Of a stretch of 64,000 nucleotides of DNA, positions 1-12,317 are shown one piece after another. The notes under the pieces were generated by a model that was not told where the DNA came from, ran no database searches, and saw only the letters and a program-made list of their open reading frames with translations. The DNA comes from Hydrolagus affinis. Its lineage: Eukaryota. How positions within the stretch are numbered: position 1 is the first letter of the stretch; each line of letters starts with the position of its first letter. The position numbers and the translations under genes are program-made. Location of the stretch: assembly GCA_012026655.1 (NCBI GenBank), contig JAAILG010001282.1:1-64000 (forward strand), read 5' to 3'.

Positions 1-88
1 CAGTACGAAAAAATCTATATTTCGGTATATCTCGATATGAGCCCATCGATATATTTAATCGGGAAAATTTCCATATCGACGGACCCTA
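1..88. mobile_element. Probable terminus of a hAT(Ac)-type non-autonomous DNA transposon, cut by the window edge
   Basis: CpG-rich segment with repeated ATCG/CGATA subterminal motifs ending TATCGACGGACCCTA (reverse complement TAGGGTCCGTCGATA), which resembles TAGGG-starting hAT TIRs. The other end is not visible. Confidence 0.45.
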
Positions 89-1278
89 ATACCAAGGATA
101 TTATTTTCTATTCACTGTAGATTGGGTTTAAACGGAACTACAGTACTATATTTGCCGTTGGATGGTCATTATGGTGAAAAATTCCCAAAGAGGTTTGAAG
201 TCTAACAAACACATTTGTGGTTGTGTTGTTAAGATTTATTCACGTGATATCTGTGTTTACAAAAGAGATCACATGCCAAAGCATGTAGGACCTGCACTGA
301 AATAGGTCAGGTATTTAAATATACCTGTCTATAATCCATTTTGATGCTCACAAAATGAAAAAGCTTTCTTCTGATCCATGAGAATTTCTTAACACGGAGA
401 CAATTTTCTTAATGTGCTTCTCCTTTCATGTTGCATCAATGAACTCACTGCTTTCATACTTCTAAATTGCACCCATCAGCAAATCAATACAATTTTTTAT
501 CCTGCTTCCTCTTTTTCTGTCACAGAGACAGCATTAAGGTCACGCCACGACATAGTTCCACCAAATGGTGCCACTAAATTTGGTCACAATAAATCACTAA
601 ACCAGCATTATCAGCTTCATTTTTCTTTGCATCAGCAGTTTTCATTGTATTCCAGTTTTTTATCATCAATGCTCTGAATTACCCGTTCTAGTTTGGCACT
701 TAGCTATCTTGCGTTTTATTCACAGTACATTCTTTGAGTCCTATAGAAACACTGATTTGAGAATGTTTCAGGGAACCAATGCCTCAAAATTTCCTGAATT
801 GTGTTTGCAGTTGATCAAATTGCAGCCAAATTATTAAGAGCTTCCACTCTGATACGGAAATTGTATGTCTTATATTGATTGAACAGTTCACGTTAATAAA
901 GGTGACCTTTTAAGCCACTCCAGTGGTTTGAGTTGAAAGAATCTACTTATCGTTGATGCAAAAACAACAACAACAAAATTACATTTGTATACCGCCTTTC
1001 ACGTCAGGAGGACAAAGAAAGAGAAGAAATTAACTGGTTTATAAAAATATTTTCATTAGTTGTTATATTCTTAAAAACAGAACCATAATATTAATCCATG
1101 CACTTCATATAGCACCTTATGTTATTGACACATCTCAAAGTGCTTCACAGAATGTATTGTAAGTGAACTGACTGTATGTTTTGGCTTATTAAACGATTTT
1201 GGATAAGATTGCTGCATACATTTTGTATAAAACATAACCAATGCAAAAAAATCTAATTCTGAATTTTAAAATACAATA

Positions 1279-1492
1279 CAGTTGTCCCTCGCCGAATGTG
1301 GGGGTTACGTTCCTGGAAAACTAAAATCGCGTTCGGTAAGCTGGCAGCGTCCTCCCAAGTGCGCATGCACTCGGGGCCAGCCAGTGCATATGCTCAAATT
1401 TTACTTGCAATCCGCAAAAATGTACCGCATTTATTTCTTCGTGTATAGTCGAATTCGCACTCGAGAAAGTCGCGTTCGGCAAGGGTTGACTG
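1279..1492. mobile_element. Tc1/mariner-pogo (Tigger-like) MITE, 214 bp
   Basis: TA at 1277-1278 and 1493-1494; imperfect TIRs CAGTTGTCCCTCGCCGAATGTG / CAGTCAACCCTTGCCGAACGCG (rc); CpG-rich against an AT-rich background. Confidence 0.85.
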
Positions 1493-2180
1493 TATATGTA
1501 TATATTTTGCACACAAAATAAACAATCTAGCTACTTACCAATATATTCTATGAAGCACTTTGAGATGTCTTAACGATGCAGTAAAGTGCTACATCAAACA
1601 CAAGCATTATTATCAATAAACAGAAAAATGCCATTTTTGGTTACATTGGAATGGGTGATGCCCAGAAATCAGAAAATATTTTCCTTAAAAAAGAGGATTT
1701 CCATTTTGAAGAAACCCTGTACCATCATCAACAGATAAATGGAAAATATGTTTTTTTTAAAAAACTAAGTAAAAATGTGAAGTGGCATCTAGTTTGGGAA
1801 CACTTTGCAAAACGTGAATGATAAAACTCACATAATCATTGCTTGTACATGTGGAAAATTATCCAGGTATCTTACATTAGTCTTTTTAAATTGAATTACA
1901 TGTTATTCTCTGTTACTGCTGAACAGTTTATTCCTCTCCATATCTGTGACCAGTAGAACAACAATTTGCATTTATGTAGAATAACTCAGTGCGCTTCACG
2001 GCTACTGTGTCAGATGCCAAATAATACTAATCATGTATTTATATAATAATACTTGCATTTGATATAATAATAATCTTTGCATTTGATATACTACAAGAAC
2101 TAATTTCGATAATACAGGTACTTGCACTTGATATAGGGTCTTGCTCTATAAATGTAATTTTCTTGTTGTTTTGATGTTGT

Positions 2181-2517
2181 TATTACGTCTTCGAGACATC
2201 TCAAAGCGCTACACTGTAAAGTGAATTGGTGGTATATTTTGTGGGCGAAACACGGCAGTCAATTGCGTACAGCAGTTTCCCACAAACAATTGTGGATTGA
2301 GTGACCAAATTATTATTATTATTATTATTTTCTGAAGCAATTATTACATCTGGAAAAGCAATGCACCAATCGACTAACCAACCAGGTTCCTACTTACTAC
2401 TCGGTAAACAGAGGCATGTGGAGTAAGGAAACTTGCCCAACGTTTAGCCCTGACGGGAATCAAACCCAGTTTCTCGATTGCAAGGCGAGTGCTCTAACCA
2501 CTGAGCTACAGGACTTC
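2181..2517 (-). mobile_element. tRNA-headed Deu-type SINE, long form (with ~60-bp internal module)
   Basis: The rc begins AAGTCCTGTAGCTCAGTGGTTAGAGCACTCGCC (A box) and GGGTTTGATTCCC (B box), then GGGCAAGTTTCCTTACTCCAC, the CTGTTTACCGAGTAGTAAGTAGGAACCTGG module and the shared 3' body. Confidence 0.9.
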
Positions 2518-3014
2518 ACAGTGTCTTATCGTATTGTTGAGAAGTCTCAAAGCATTGCACAGAATATATTGAAAGTGGATTGATGGGGTATTTTGTGAGC
2601 ACTGGGTGTCAGCTCAGATTGTAAGTTCAAAGTCCTGACTTATAGTCAGGAGCTAAAGCTTTTGGGTGTAATCTTGATACTCAGCCTGGAATTCAACTCA
2701 ATGGCAGATTTGATATAATCCCGATAATCCTCCCATTTGATCTGGCCCCTATCGTGGTGGTATCAAAGTTTTCCGTGTCTCAGTGATACACATGTATGGT
2801 GGCCAGGACCTTCTTCCCTCCTTCCTTTCTTTTACTCAGCGAGCTGTTTAGGTCTGGATCTAGTCACAAGCTACCTTACAAGCATAGTCAAGAGATACCC
2901 ATCTTCTTTCTGAAAACTCTATTACCAATTAACTGCATTTCTTAAAGCAGTAAACAAAAACAGATTTCCATAGAAAAACGCTGGCAAACCGAGTCACTGA
3001 TTTAAAATTGCTCT

Positions 3015-3150
3015 GTGCAATTAGCTGCTGCGTTTCACCCAGAAAATATACAGTCAATTTGCTTTACAGTATATTCTGTGAAATGTCTTGAGACGTCTCG
3101 GAAGACCTGATAAGGTGCTGCATCAAATGCAAGGATTATTATGATTACTA
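3015..3150 (+). mobile_element. 3' half of the same SINE family
   Basis: GCAATTAGCTGCTGCGTTTCACCCAG...CAAATGCAAGGATTATTAT. Confidence 0.85.
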
Positions 3151-3869
3151 ACAGCTCTGACAGTAAACCCAAGACTCCCACCACCGTAGATTTATTTATT
3201 ATTACGACGGAGGGAGAGTGGGAAAGGTCACCCTGATCCCACAGGGAGCTGTTCAAACATAGTCTCTCGGATGAGTTATTCTGCCTTTCACACTCTTGAG
3301 ATGATCCGGAGACTCGTCTGTACTCTGTAGGATATCCTGTATTTATCGTCTTTTTTTGTGTGTGTGGTCCACTCTGTTAAACACTATTAACGTGTTACCA
3401 TTCTAAACGATTTGCATTGGTTAATGTGCCTGCAATGCTGTTCTGAGAACCAAGTAAAAACTTTCCTGTCAAGTACGCCTTAAAAGTGGTGGCATTGTCC
3501 TTTGGGTTTGTGTTATGTACTAACATTATTAAGAATGTACCCAGGCTGCCTTTTAGATCTCCCCATAGGGGCCACTAGTTAGTTAGTTATTCCCTGGTGT
3601 TTGCTTTTATTTCCAGGCAGTTATCTTTTTCAAGCTACACTGCACTTTTGCAGTTTGCTTTCAGTGAGCACTTGGATTTGGGTGAGATGTGCAATCATGT
3701 GCACGTGTTCAAGTTTAACACCGTGAATGTTAACCCTTTCTCCCCTCCTTCCGAGTTGTTGGGATCTGGAACACATTGCCTGCAGTTCCACTGGAAGCCG
3801 ATTCGATAGCAACTTTTAAGAGAGAAGTAGATAATTATTTGGGGAGGACACGTTTGCAGGTCTCTGGAG

Positions 3870-3976
3870 AGAGTGGGGGAGTAGGATTGATTTGCACAAC
3901 TCTTTTTAAAGAGCCTACACAGACACGATGAACCAAATGGCCTCCTTCTGTGTAGTTCAATTCTATGATTCTATGA
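3870..3976 (+). mobile_element. CR1 LINE 3' end
   Basis: AATGGCCTCCTTCTGTG followed by the (ATTCTATG)n octamer tail typical of CR1. Confidence 0.8.
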
Positions 3977-3977
3977 A

Positions 3978-4598
3978 CCCTACCTCTGCAACCTCCTAAC
4001 CCCCTACCAACCTGTCCACTCCCTCTGCTTAGTGGGCTCTGGCCTGGCACCTCCCCTTCTCCACCATTGGCAGGTGGGCCTTCAGGCACTCTGCTCCCCA
4101 TCCTCTGCCTCATCTCATCCCTTAACAACAACAACAAAATTACATCTGTAGAGCGCCTTTCTCGTTGAGAGTACATCCCAAGGTCAGGTCAGAACCCGAG
4201 CAAGGGAGAGGGGTAGGGTAGGGGGGAGGGGCGGGAGAGAGTTAGAAGGGGAGAGAGTTGGGAGAGCAGCAGAAGAGGAGGGTCTTGAGATGGCCTTGAA
4301 GGAGGTGAGGGAGGAAGCAAGGCGAAGGGACTGTGTGATGGAGTTCCAGAGTGTAGACCCTCCGTTTGACCATACTTTAGATCTACCTCTTTCCCCCCTC
4401 CCACTACCCTCCCCTCTCCTCGATCCCTACACCTAGCTCAAGTCAGAGCCTTGGAACGTCCTCCCGATGTGAAAGGCACTCTATAAATGTAATCTTTGTT
4501 GTTGTTGTTGAGTCTGAAATACTGCCTGTCCAGCGCCTTGGGACGTCCTCCCGATGTGAAAGATGCTGCATAGTAAAAATGTAATTTTGTTGTTGTTT
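3978..4598. mobile_element. Cluster of L2 3' fragments: + 3978-4120, - 4123-4350, + 4385-4510, + 4512-4598
   Basis: Repeated GCGCCTTGGGACGTCCTCCCGAYGTGAAAGGC...AAATGTAATTTTGTTGTTG tail in both orientations, plus C-rich L2 3' sequence matching the longer copies at 13.3 and 34.5 kb. Confidence 0.85.
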
Positions 4599-4669
4599 TA
4601 GATTACAGAATGGAAGTCACAGATGTGAGTGATACAGGTATGAGACAACATGTGTATTAGATTTTCCAC

Positions 4670-5110
4670 TATAGCAGAAGAGATTGAGAGGTAATGTGAT
4701 AGAGGTGTTTGAGGTCCTGCAGCGACAATGCATTATAAATAGGGAAAACCTATTTATTTATTTTGCCCACAAATATACAGTCAATTCACTTTACAGTATA
4801 TCTTGTGAAGCGCTTTGAGGCGTCTTGAAGATGGGATAAGGCGCTATATCAAATGCAGGGATTATTATTATTATTAACACCTATTTCCTTTAGTTGGGGA
4901 ATAATTGATGATGTGGACATCGTCTAAGGATAGTTAGCAGAAAAAAGGGGGGCGGAAACGAAGGAATTTTATCTCACAGACAGTTGTTAGTTAGTTTTTG
5001 AAATTCATTACTGCAATTGGCTAATGAAGCTGGAGCAATGACATTTTTCAAAAGGGCTCAGCACTTGAGCATTGAAAGCATTAAGGCCGATGGTGAGAGA
5101 GGAGGAGACT
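4670..5110 (+). mobile_element. Decayed CR1 ORF2 C-terminal region interrupted by a SINE 3' fragment (4756-4878)
   Basis: AGAAGAGATTGAGAGGTAATGTGATAGAGGTGTTT resembles the CR1 'RRLRGDLIEVFK' region; the SINE piece is flanked by ACCTATTT at 4748-4755 and 4879-4886. Confidence 0.7.
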
Positions 5111-5522
5111 GGAATGCTGGCCCTGAGTGACACCAGCTAAAGCTGAGCAGATAACGATAGAACCTGTGACCTTCTGGATTTGTCTAACAACCAATTAATA
5201 GCATGTGTAAGGAAACTTGCCCCAAACGGTGCAATCCAATTAGGAGTTTTACTTAAGTCGTCCAGCTAACTTGATCCCTGTCATGCTGTCCCTGTCTCAC
5301 CTCCCAAACAAATCTCAACATTGTGCAATTATACATCTCAACAATAATTAAAAGAGGGAGTCAGGCAACAGGCCAGAAATAGCTTCAGGTTTAGAGAACT
5401 TGAGGTTGATTGTGAGGGCGAAATGATGTGCTTTCACATTGTATATTGGTTTTAACTCTGTGTTATCATTCCCTCATAAGAAGGCAACTTTTGCTGCCAG
5501 CAAGAAGTGCAATGTGTAACCG

Positions 5523-5585
5523 TCAACAACAACAACAAATTACACTTATAGAGCGCCTTTCACGTCGGGAGGACGTCCCAAACCG
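5523..5585 (-). mobile_element. Solo L2 3' tail
   Basis: CAACAACAACAACAAATTACACTTATAGAGCGCCTTTCACGTCGGGAGGACGTCCCA. Similar solo tails occur near 961, 9437, 13739, 20323, 22675, 24438, 32620, 36482, 44982, 52668, 53160, 62440 and 63700. Confidence 0.85.
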
Positions 5586-5653
5586 TCAAGTGCTTATTGA
5601 ACTAAAAACAACTGCTTCTTCCTTTTTTTAAAAAAAAATCAGTCTGCTTGCAA

Positions 5654-5993
5654 AATAATAATCCTTGCATTCGATATAGCGCCTGATCACATTGTTGACA
5701 CATCTCAATTCGCTTCACGGAATATATGGTCAAGTGGATTGACTGTATTTTGTGGTGAAATTCAGCAGCCAACAGTTGTGGATTGTGTGACCCAATTGTT
5801 TTTGCAGGATTATTACCTAATGAAAAAGATCCACCAATTGACTAACAACCAGGTGCATATGTACTGCTAGGTAGATTATACTGCATGTAGATTCAGGAAA
5901 TTTGCCTAAGATTTCGCCCCGCTCAGGAATTGAACCCAGGTCGTCTCACTTAATTGTGATGCAAGTGCGCTAACCACTATGCAATGGGATGCC
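5654..5993 (-). mobile_element. tRNA-headed Deu-type SINE, long form
   Basis: AATAATAATCCTTGCATT tail through the internal module (GACTAACAACCAGG) to the head (GGAATTGAACCCAGG...TAACCACT). Confidence 0.85.
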
Positions 5994-6759
5994 CACAGGG
6001 CTCTTCATTAGAACAATTGATGTCCTAACAATCTGACAATCTTTAATCAGAATACATTTGGTTAACATCTTGTAAGGATGTTCTTGCTTCCCATCTTTCT
6101 GTGGCCACATTGGGTGTCAGGATCAATGATTTCAACATTTATTTTTCAAATGTGATTTTCAAATAAAATCCACATCTTGCCCTGCTGGGAGCTGGGAGAT
6201 TTAGCAGTGTGTCCAAATTTGGAGGTTCGTACAATGCTATTAACTACCAGGCTAGAGAACGTGCCTTTGAGGTTGTAGTTTGAAATTCAGCTTTGGGTCA
6301 ATCAAATTGCATTGAAGCCAAACTCACCTTATGGGTTCCTGGATCGGATCAGACGTTCAAAGCAAAACTGAGACCCTGAGGAACCAAAAGCCTGCTGTGA
6401 ATGGTCAAAGACCCAAACATAGTGCCCCAAGCAGAGCCAAGCTTCAGTGCTTTATGAGTGCGAGACTCTGAGATTACGTTACAGCCTTGAACTCACCTGC
6501 TGGTACCTATTATATAATATATACCATATGATTTTCTTTACAGTCACAAGATTGCTCCTATTTTCAGCGCAGTTTCTTTTTCCAGACCAGTAACCAAATG
6601 ACGTTCAGGGAACGGAGTGGAGTTAGCTATTCCCGTAGATTTTCACGAAAACCCTTTGTCTTCTCTTCTATGGAGTTCACTGCCTTCATTTTTAGGTTGA
6701 TAGCTGACAAAACAACTTAGTCTAACATCTTTCATGTAGGGAATGGAGTGGGAATATAA

Positions 6760-6945
6760 TCTGGGTGGAGCGAGGTAAAGGAAAGGTGGTTTAAAGTACA
6801 ACAAAAGCTAGGTCTGCAGACAGGTTTTGAAAGCAGAGAGAGAGGGGCGAGGTGAGGTATTACAGAAGAGAATTGCAGAGAGTGTTGGTAACATGTCTAA
6901 AGGCCCATCCGTTAAGGGTTGGACAGAGCGCGCAAGGGCCATGGA
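6760..6945 (-). mobile_element. Decayed L2 3' fragment
   Basis: Purine-rich strand similar to the rc of the L2 3' region (GGTTTTGAAAGCAGAGAG...GAATTGCAGAGAGTG). Confidence 0.5.
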
Positions 6946-7364
6946 GCTGGTCATAGTTGGTGGAATCAAATGACTCCTTCAGTGCTATAAACTTTCTACA
7001 ATTTCTTGAGTGTAAAGTGCAGCATTGTGACATGATGGTTGTCATTTATCAGACCTGACTCCACCAAACCACCAAAATGCTGGTGTGTTTAACATATTGT
7101 AGCGTGCCCGCCCCTGGTGAGGCAGATACGGAAACAAAACGCCATTTACACAAGGTCACACAGCAACACATCAACTGTGCAGGCACCTTGGCTCATGGCC
7201 AATGCCTGTCACCCCACTTACAACTTTGTGCACTCAATACCCCTTTCCCCTCTCGAACCATAACCAAGGTGTAGTGAGGGCTTTATTCACTGCCCCTTCC
7301 TCTTTCTCATTTTGCACGTAATTCTGCTGTTGTTGTTACATGCTGCCTCTCAGTAATGTCACCT

Positions 7365-7765
7365 GCAGACATGGGGTCAACTTGTACATATATGCAGATG
7401 ATACTCAAATGTTCTTTACCTCCTCTAGCTGTGATCCCAGCTGACATGGGTCTGCTTGACGTCCCTGGTCGCTTCACCATTGGCGGACATGCCTTCAGTC
7501 ATAATTTGCATAATATCTGTAACTCCTTTCCTTAATCCCTCCATCTTGTCCCCTCTTTGCCCATCTTCAAATCGCACCTGATGAGTTTCCTCTTCGATTG
7601 TGCCTTTTGGAGGCTTCTCCTTCAGCCTCCACACCCCAGAGCTCTGTCCGTGGCCCTCTACTTTTTAACATGTATATGTTCCACCTTGGTGAAGTCATCC
7701 CCAGACATGGGGTCAATTTCAACATGTAGGCGGATGACACCGCAACTCTAACTCTCTGCTTCCAC
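7365..7765 (+). mobile_element. Rearranged L2 RT fragments
   Basis: Two copies of the GACATGGGGTCAA...GCAGATGATACTCAA / GCGGATGACAC segment ([13 protein letters not shown]-like) and a CTCTGTCCGTGGCCCTCTAC (SVLGPLL-like) piece. Confidence 0.7.
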
Positions 7766-8164
7766 TCACAACTATTTGTTTCTAATGTCAATGGAGCTTG
7801 AGTGCAATGCAGGTGCAGTTCGAATTGATGTTTGCGATAATCCATCAAAATATTTGCAGCCTTGATAAGACAGTGACAGCTCAGGAAAGTGAGGGAGGGA
7901 GAGACCTGGGATAAAAGGCTGTGGGTGTCTATCACCAGTCACTAACACTTGTAGTTTTCCACAGGATAGTGAGACAACACAGTTAACTCGCGCAGAGAGC
8001 TGTCACATGCAAGATGAGTCAAAATGGCTTCTTGTGTGCTGAACATTCTACTATTCTAAACTTGCAATAAGAAGATTACTAAAGCGTGATGGAGCATGAT
8101 GTCTTTTAGAACTGTTGAGACGATGCTCTAAGATATTATTCTATATTAAGTGAAAGTGACAAAC

Positions 8165-8480
8165 CCTACCTACCCACCTGCACTCTGAGCTCAACAGGCA
8201 CCATCCTGTTTCATGTAGCCACCACCGGAGGTAGGACTTTCAGTGAATCTGCCCCAATCTCTGGGACACCACCCCAGACTCCATTCCCCATCCCTCGCCT
8301 CCTTCAAATTCCTTCCTCTTTTCCTGCACTTTCAGGTGTCATTTCCCCGCTCCACTCACACCCCACCACCAGCTTAATATAAACCCTGGACTGTTCAATG
8401 CCTTGGAATGTTCTCGCCACATGAAAGTCAGTGTATAAATAACAGTGTAAAATTGTATTGTATAAATGCAAGTTGTTTTA
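8165..8480 (+). mobile_element. L2 3' end, old copy
   Basis: C-rich L2 3' region ending GACTGTTCAATGCCTTGGAATGTTCTCGCCACATGAAAG...TAAAT. Confidence 0.65.
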
Positions 8481-8654
8481 GAGCTCTGCGGTGGAGAGTG
8501 ACATTGGGAGAGGGTATAGGCTAGGTGCCAGGCAACAGATGTCAGGAAAATCCACAGCTAACAACAGTTGTCAGTAAAGCAGAGCCTGTGACATGCTGAC
8601 CTATGCGGTTAACACTAGTTGAGGCTAACACCTGCTTGTGGGAAATCTGCAGCA

Positions 8655-8722
8655 GCACTGCAGCGAGACTGCCATGTGACTATACTGTGACTGCAGTGTG
8701 ACTGCATTGAGACTGCGATGTA
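8655..8722. repeat. 11-bp minisatellite, about 6 units (consensus GTGACTGCAGT)
   Basis: GAGACTGCCAT GTGACTATACT GTGACTGCAGT GTGACTGCATT GAGACTGCGAT. Confidence 0.8.
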
Positions 8723-9040
8723 ACAATAATAATAATGATAATAATCCATGCTTTTGATATATCGCCTTATCACGTCTTCTAGACGTCTCAAAGCGCTTCA
8801 CGGAATATACTGTAAAGTGAATTGACTGTATATTTGTGGGCGAAACGCAGCAGTCAATTGCACACAGCAGTGTCCCACAAACAGTTGTGGATTGAAATGA
8901 GCAATTTATTATTGTTTTTTTTGAGGGATTATTATTAGCCACGTGGAGTAAGGAAACTTGCCCAATGTTTCGCCCTGACCTGCCTGGAATCAAACCCAGG
9001 TCTCTCGCTTGTGAGGCTACTGCTCTGACCACTGAGCTCC
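8723..9040 (-). mobile_element. tRNA-headed Deu-type SINE, short form, near full length
   Basis: Reverse complement aligns along its length with 11408-11723. Confidence 0.92.
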
Positions 9041-9537
9041 AGTTTACTGTAGTAAGTGATGCCTTTAATGAAGAAAAATGTTATTAAAGTATTATTATAA
9101 TAATAATCCTTGCATTTGATATAGCGCTCAAAACTGCACGGCTGGCACTGTAGCCTGACTGCAAGGTTGAATGGGGCTCAACCTGGGCAATACCATTGCC
9201 CTCAGCTTTGCTGCCACGGCATCTTTCAGCACCAGTGATTCCAGAGATGCCTCTCACAGTATGACAATGGTTAGTTTGCTTGGTGCAGGTATAGCACATA
9301 AGATTGGCAGTGTTTGGAAATAAATTGCCTCAGACAGAAGGCTTCAGTGCCAGCCATATCTTTTATTCATCTATTTTCTGGTATCACGGGCAGTGCTGTT
9401 GTGTGAAGTGCAATATTTTATTTGCGTTTTATATAATAACAACAACAACACAATGACATTTATAAAGCACCTTTCACGTCGGGGGGACGTCCCAAGGCGT
9501 TGAACTGTTCACAATTCCATCGTGTAGTATTTTAAAG

Positions 9538-9850
9538 CATCAGCTTGGCTCAGTTGGTTGCGCTCTCAACTCTGAGTCAGGAGGTTGTGGGTTCAAACCA
9601 TATATCGGGTGGGCTGACACTTAAATACCATGTTGGGTGTGCTCTGCGTTTGTTCATGTTAAAGATCTAATGTCACTATACGGAAAAAATAGAAGGGAGT
9701 TTCTCCTGGTATCCTTGCTACAACCCCTAAAAAAAATTGGTCATTCATTCATGGCTGTTTGTAGGATATTTCTGTGCGCATATTAGCTGCCGATTTTGCC
9801 TACAAAACGCAGTCACGTCAATTTTTCTGCAATTATTTGTCAAATAATTA
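9538..9850 (+). mobile_element. SacSINE1/AmnSINE1-like Deu-SINE
   Basis: TCAGCTTGGCTCAGTTGGTTGCGCTCTCAACTCTGAGTCAGGAGGTTGTGGGTTCAAACC head; GTTAAAGATCTAATGTCACTA...GGAGTTTCTCCTGG...GGCTGTTTGTAGGA Deu core, matching the recalled consensus. Confidence 0.75.
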
Positions 9851-11407
9851 TTACTTATTATCATTTTATTAGTAGTATTATTCATAAAAATAAAATGATT
9901 CACACATAAATGTGATTCACCTTTCATTTTCTGCTGTCTGCAATGTGCCTTATCATGTGTAATCATTCATCTACTCAGAAAGTAAACACCAATACCTTTG
10001 ATTGAACTACATATGCTTTCCAACATAAGCGGTTCACATATGCAGAACAATGCACTGTCAGTCTCTTCTGGAATATAGATAAAATGTTTAATTAACTGTG
10101 CACAATCGGCTGCAGCATTTCGCCCACGAAATACACAATATGTTCTGTAAAGCGCTTTGAGACATCTCAACAACGTGCCAGGATTATTCTCATTGTAATT
10201 AATCCCAATCGTTTTTAATTTTGTGTTTTAAATTCCATTTATCGACATGCCTGCTCTCAGAGACATTTTGGCTCTCAAGTCAGTCAGCCTGTGAGTACGG
10301 AAATCCCTGGCTGGTTCATCCTGAACCTCTGATATGGTCCATAAACTGACACTTAGATTGTTGGGAAAAGGTGCTGCTGCATTAATGCAAATTGAAACTC
10401 TTTTCTTTTCCCTATTTGAAGTGCATCCTTTGGAATAAATAGTCTCCAAGTGACAGTGACATACATGAAATGTTTCAAATTTGATCAGTTTAGCTGAATT
10501 TGTTGAAGATAGTGTGTTCTTAGACATTAATACACAGAGGGACAGAATGGCTACATAAGCTCACATCATATCTCTTGAAGTGCATATTTGCCACAAACCT
10601 GTCGGAAAAGTCATCAGAACTCTGTTTCCTATTTCCTGCTTGATCACACAGATCCTGCCTACCATGGCCTCAGCGCTATGTATTCAGAGATAAGTCTAGA
10701 TGGGCTTGTAATCCTCTTCTCACCTCCTGCTTGACTTCTGCAGTTGTCAGACACAATACAGAAACCATTACTATATCCTGTTCTCAGGCTCAAAACATGA
10801 GGTTCCATTACAGATAAATTGGGTACAGCAGAAGACTTTAACAATCGGCTTAAAATCAAGGCAGCAATCTGTAGTGACCTTTCTGAGCTGGTGTAACAAA
10901 CCATTTTGCTGTTAGTTTAACCCTTGTGAGGGATCAGTGTTCTTTATATCTTGTAAACTTAGGATTGTATATTCAAATGCAATTTGTTATTATATGTAAC
11001 ATATCCAGAGAATATTCTTTAAACTCACTGAAATTTTTACCCCACTAAAGTGCCATTTTACCAAAAGTCAAAATGTTTCCCTATTGATTTTCTATTAAAG
11101 TGTGTGTCTGTTAACATGACCCCCAAACATACCTTTAACTCTCAAGAAGATAAATTCTAGTTGATATTAACCATTAAAGGTATTAGCACTGTAACTGTTC
11201 AGTATAAACAACACTAACAGTGGAATTTTATCTATCTATATACAGTACAACAATAGCTAGAACTCAGTTTGAAATATATGTGTGTAACTCATCTCATCTC
11301 AGTAATGCAACTGGAATCCTATTCAATGTCTCTTTCAGATCCAAGGCGATGGGTTCATCAAAAAGGTAATTAGACCCATGGATTCATCGGAGTCCCATGG
11401 AGCCACA

Positions 11408-11723
11408 GAGTCCTGTAGCTCAGTGGTTAGAGCACTTGCCTTACAAGTGTGAGACCTGTGTTTCGAATCCAAGCAGGCCAGGGCAAAACCTTGGGCAATT
11501 TTCCTTACTTCACACACCTAACAATAATCCCTCCAAAAAAACACAATAATAAAATTGGTCATTTCAATCCATGACTGTTTGTGGGACACTGCTGTACGCA
11601 ATTGGTTGCTGCGTTTCGCCCACAAATATACACTCAATTCACTTTGCAGTATATTCTGTGAAGCGATTCGAGACGTCTAGGAGACGTGAAAAGCGCTATA
11701 TCAAATGCAAGGATTATTATTAT
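11408..11723 (+). mobile_element. tRNA-headed Deu-type SINE, short form, full length (reference copy)
   Basis: A box TAGCTCAGTGG, B box GTTTCGAATCC, body CCTTGGGCAATTTTCCTTAC...CTGTTTGTGGGACACTGCTG, 3' stem-loop and (ATT)n tail. Confidence 0.93.
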
Positions 11724-12317
11724 ATTATATCAAAAGGTAACTATTGTCAATGGCAAACAGTAGATTTCCAAATGTTTATGTGCAGCTCCGCTTGCTATTG
11801 TGCACACTTAACTGATATGTAGACATGTAGTAAATGGGCTGCATCATATTGAATACACCACATTGTATCATTAACTGAATATTAAAAACAATAAACTCAA
11901 CTTCGTTAATTGTATTCCTTAAATAAATTCAAATATTCTAATGTTCTTTATTGCAATGAACTCAGTTACATGACCCTTCACATTAACTCAAAGCTCAATA
12001 CTTCCCAAATTGTCATCACTTTCAGGGTATAGCAAGGCTCCTTCTCAACTCATTGTCCTGCCATCGTATGATTTCCTTGGAGCATATTAACCTACAGCAA
12101 GCAAAATTTGGGCCTTTTAAAATCCAATGATCGAACAGGTTCGATTGAACTACTATAATGGTAACCCATTAAAACTACTGTACTTCAAACATCTTTCACA
12201 AGCTGTGAATGGAGGCATCCAGAAATAGAGCTGCTTTCATTTTGATTTAGAGGGAGGAGTAAAATGTGCAATATACTAAAACGTGCTTAATTCCTTGTTT
12301 AAGGAACGCTTTTAGGA

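Noticed and set aside
11408-11480. tRNA gene (A and B boxes, TAC anticodon-like loop)
   Set aside because: No acceptor stem or terminator; it runs into the SINE body, and the anticodon position varies between copies (TAC/TGC/CAC/CGC).
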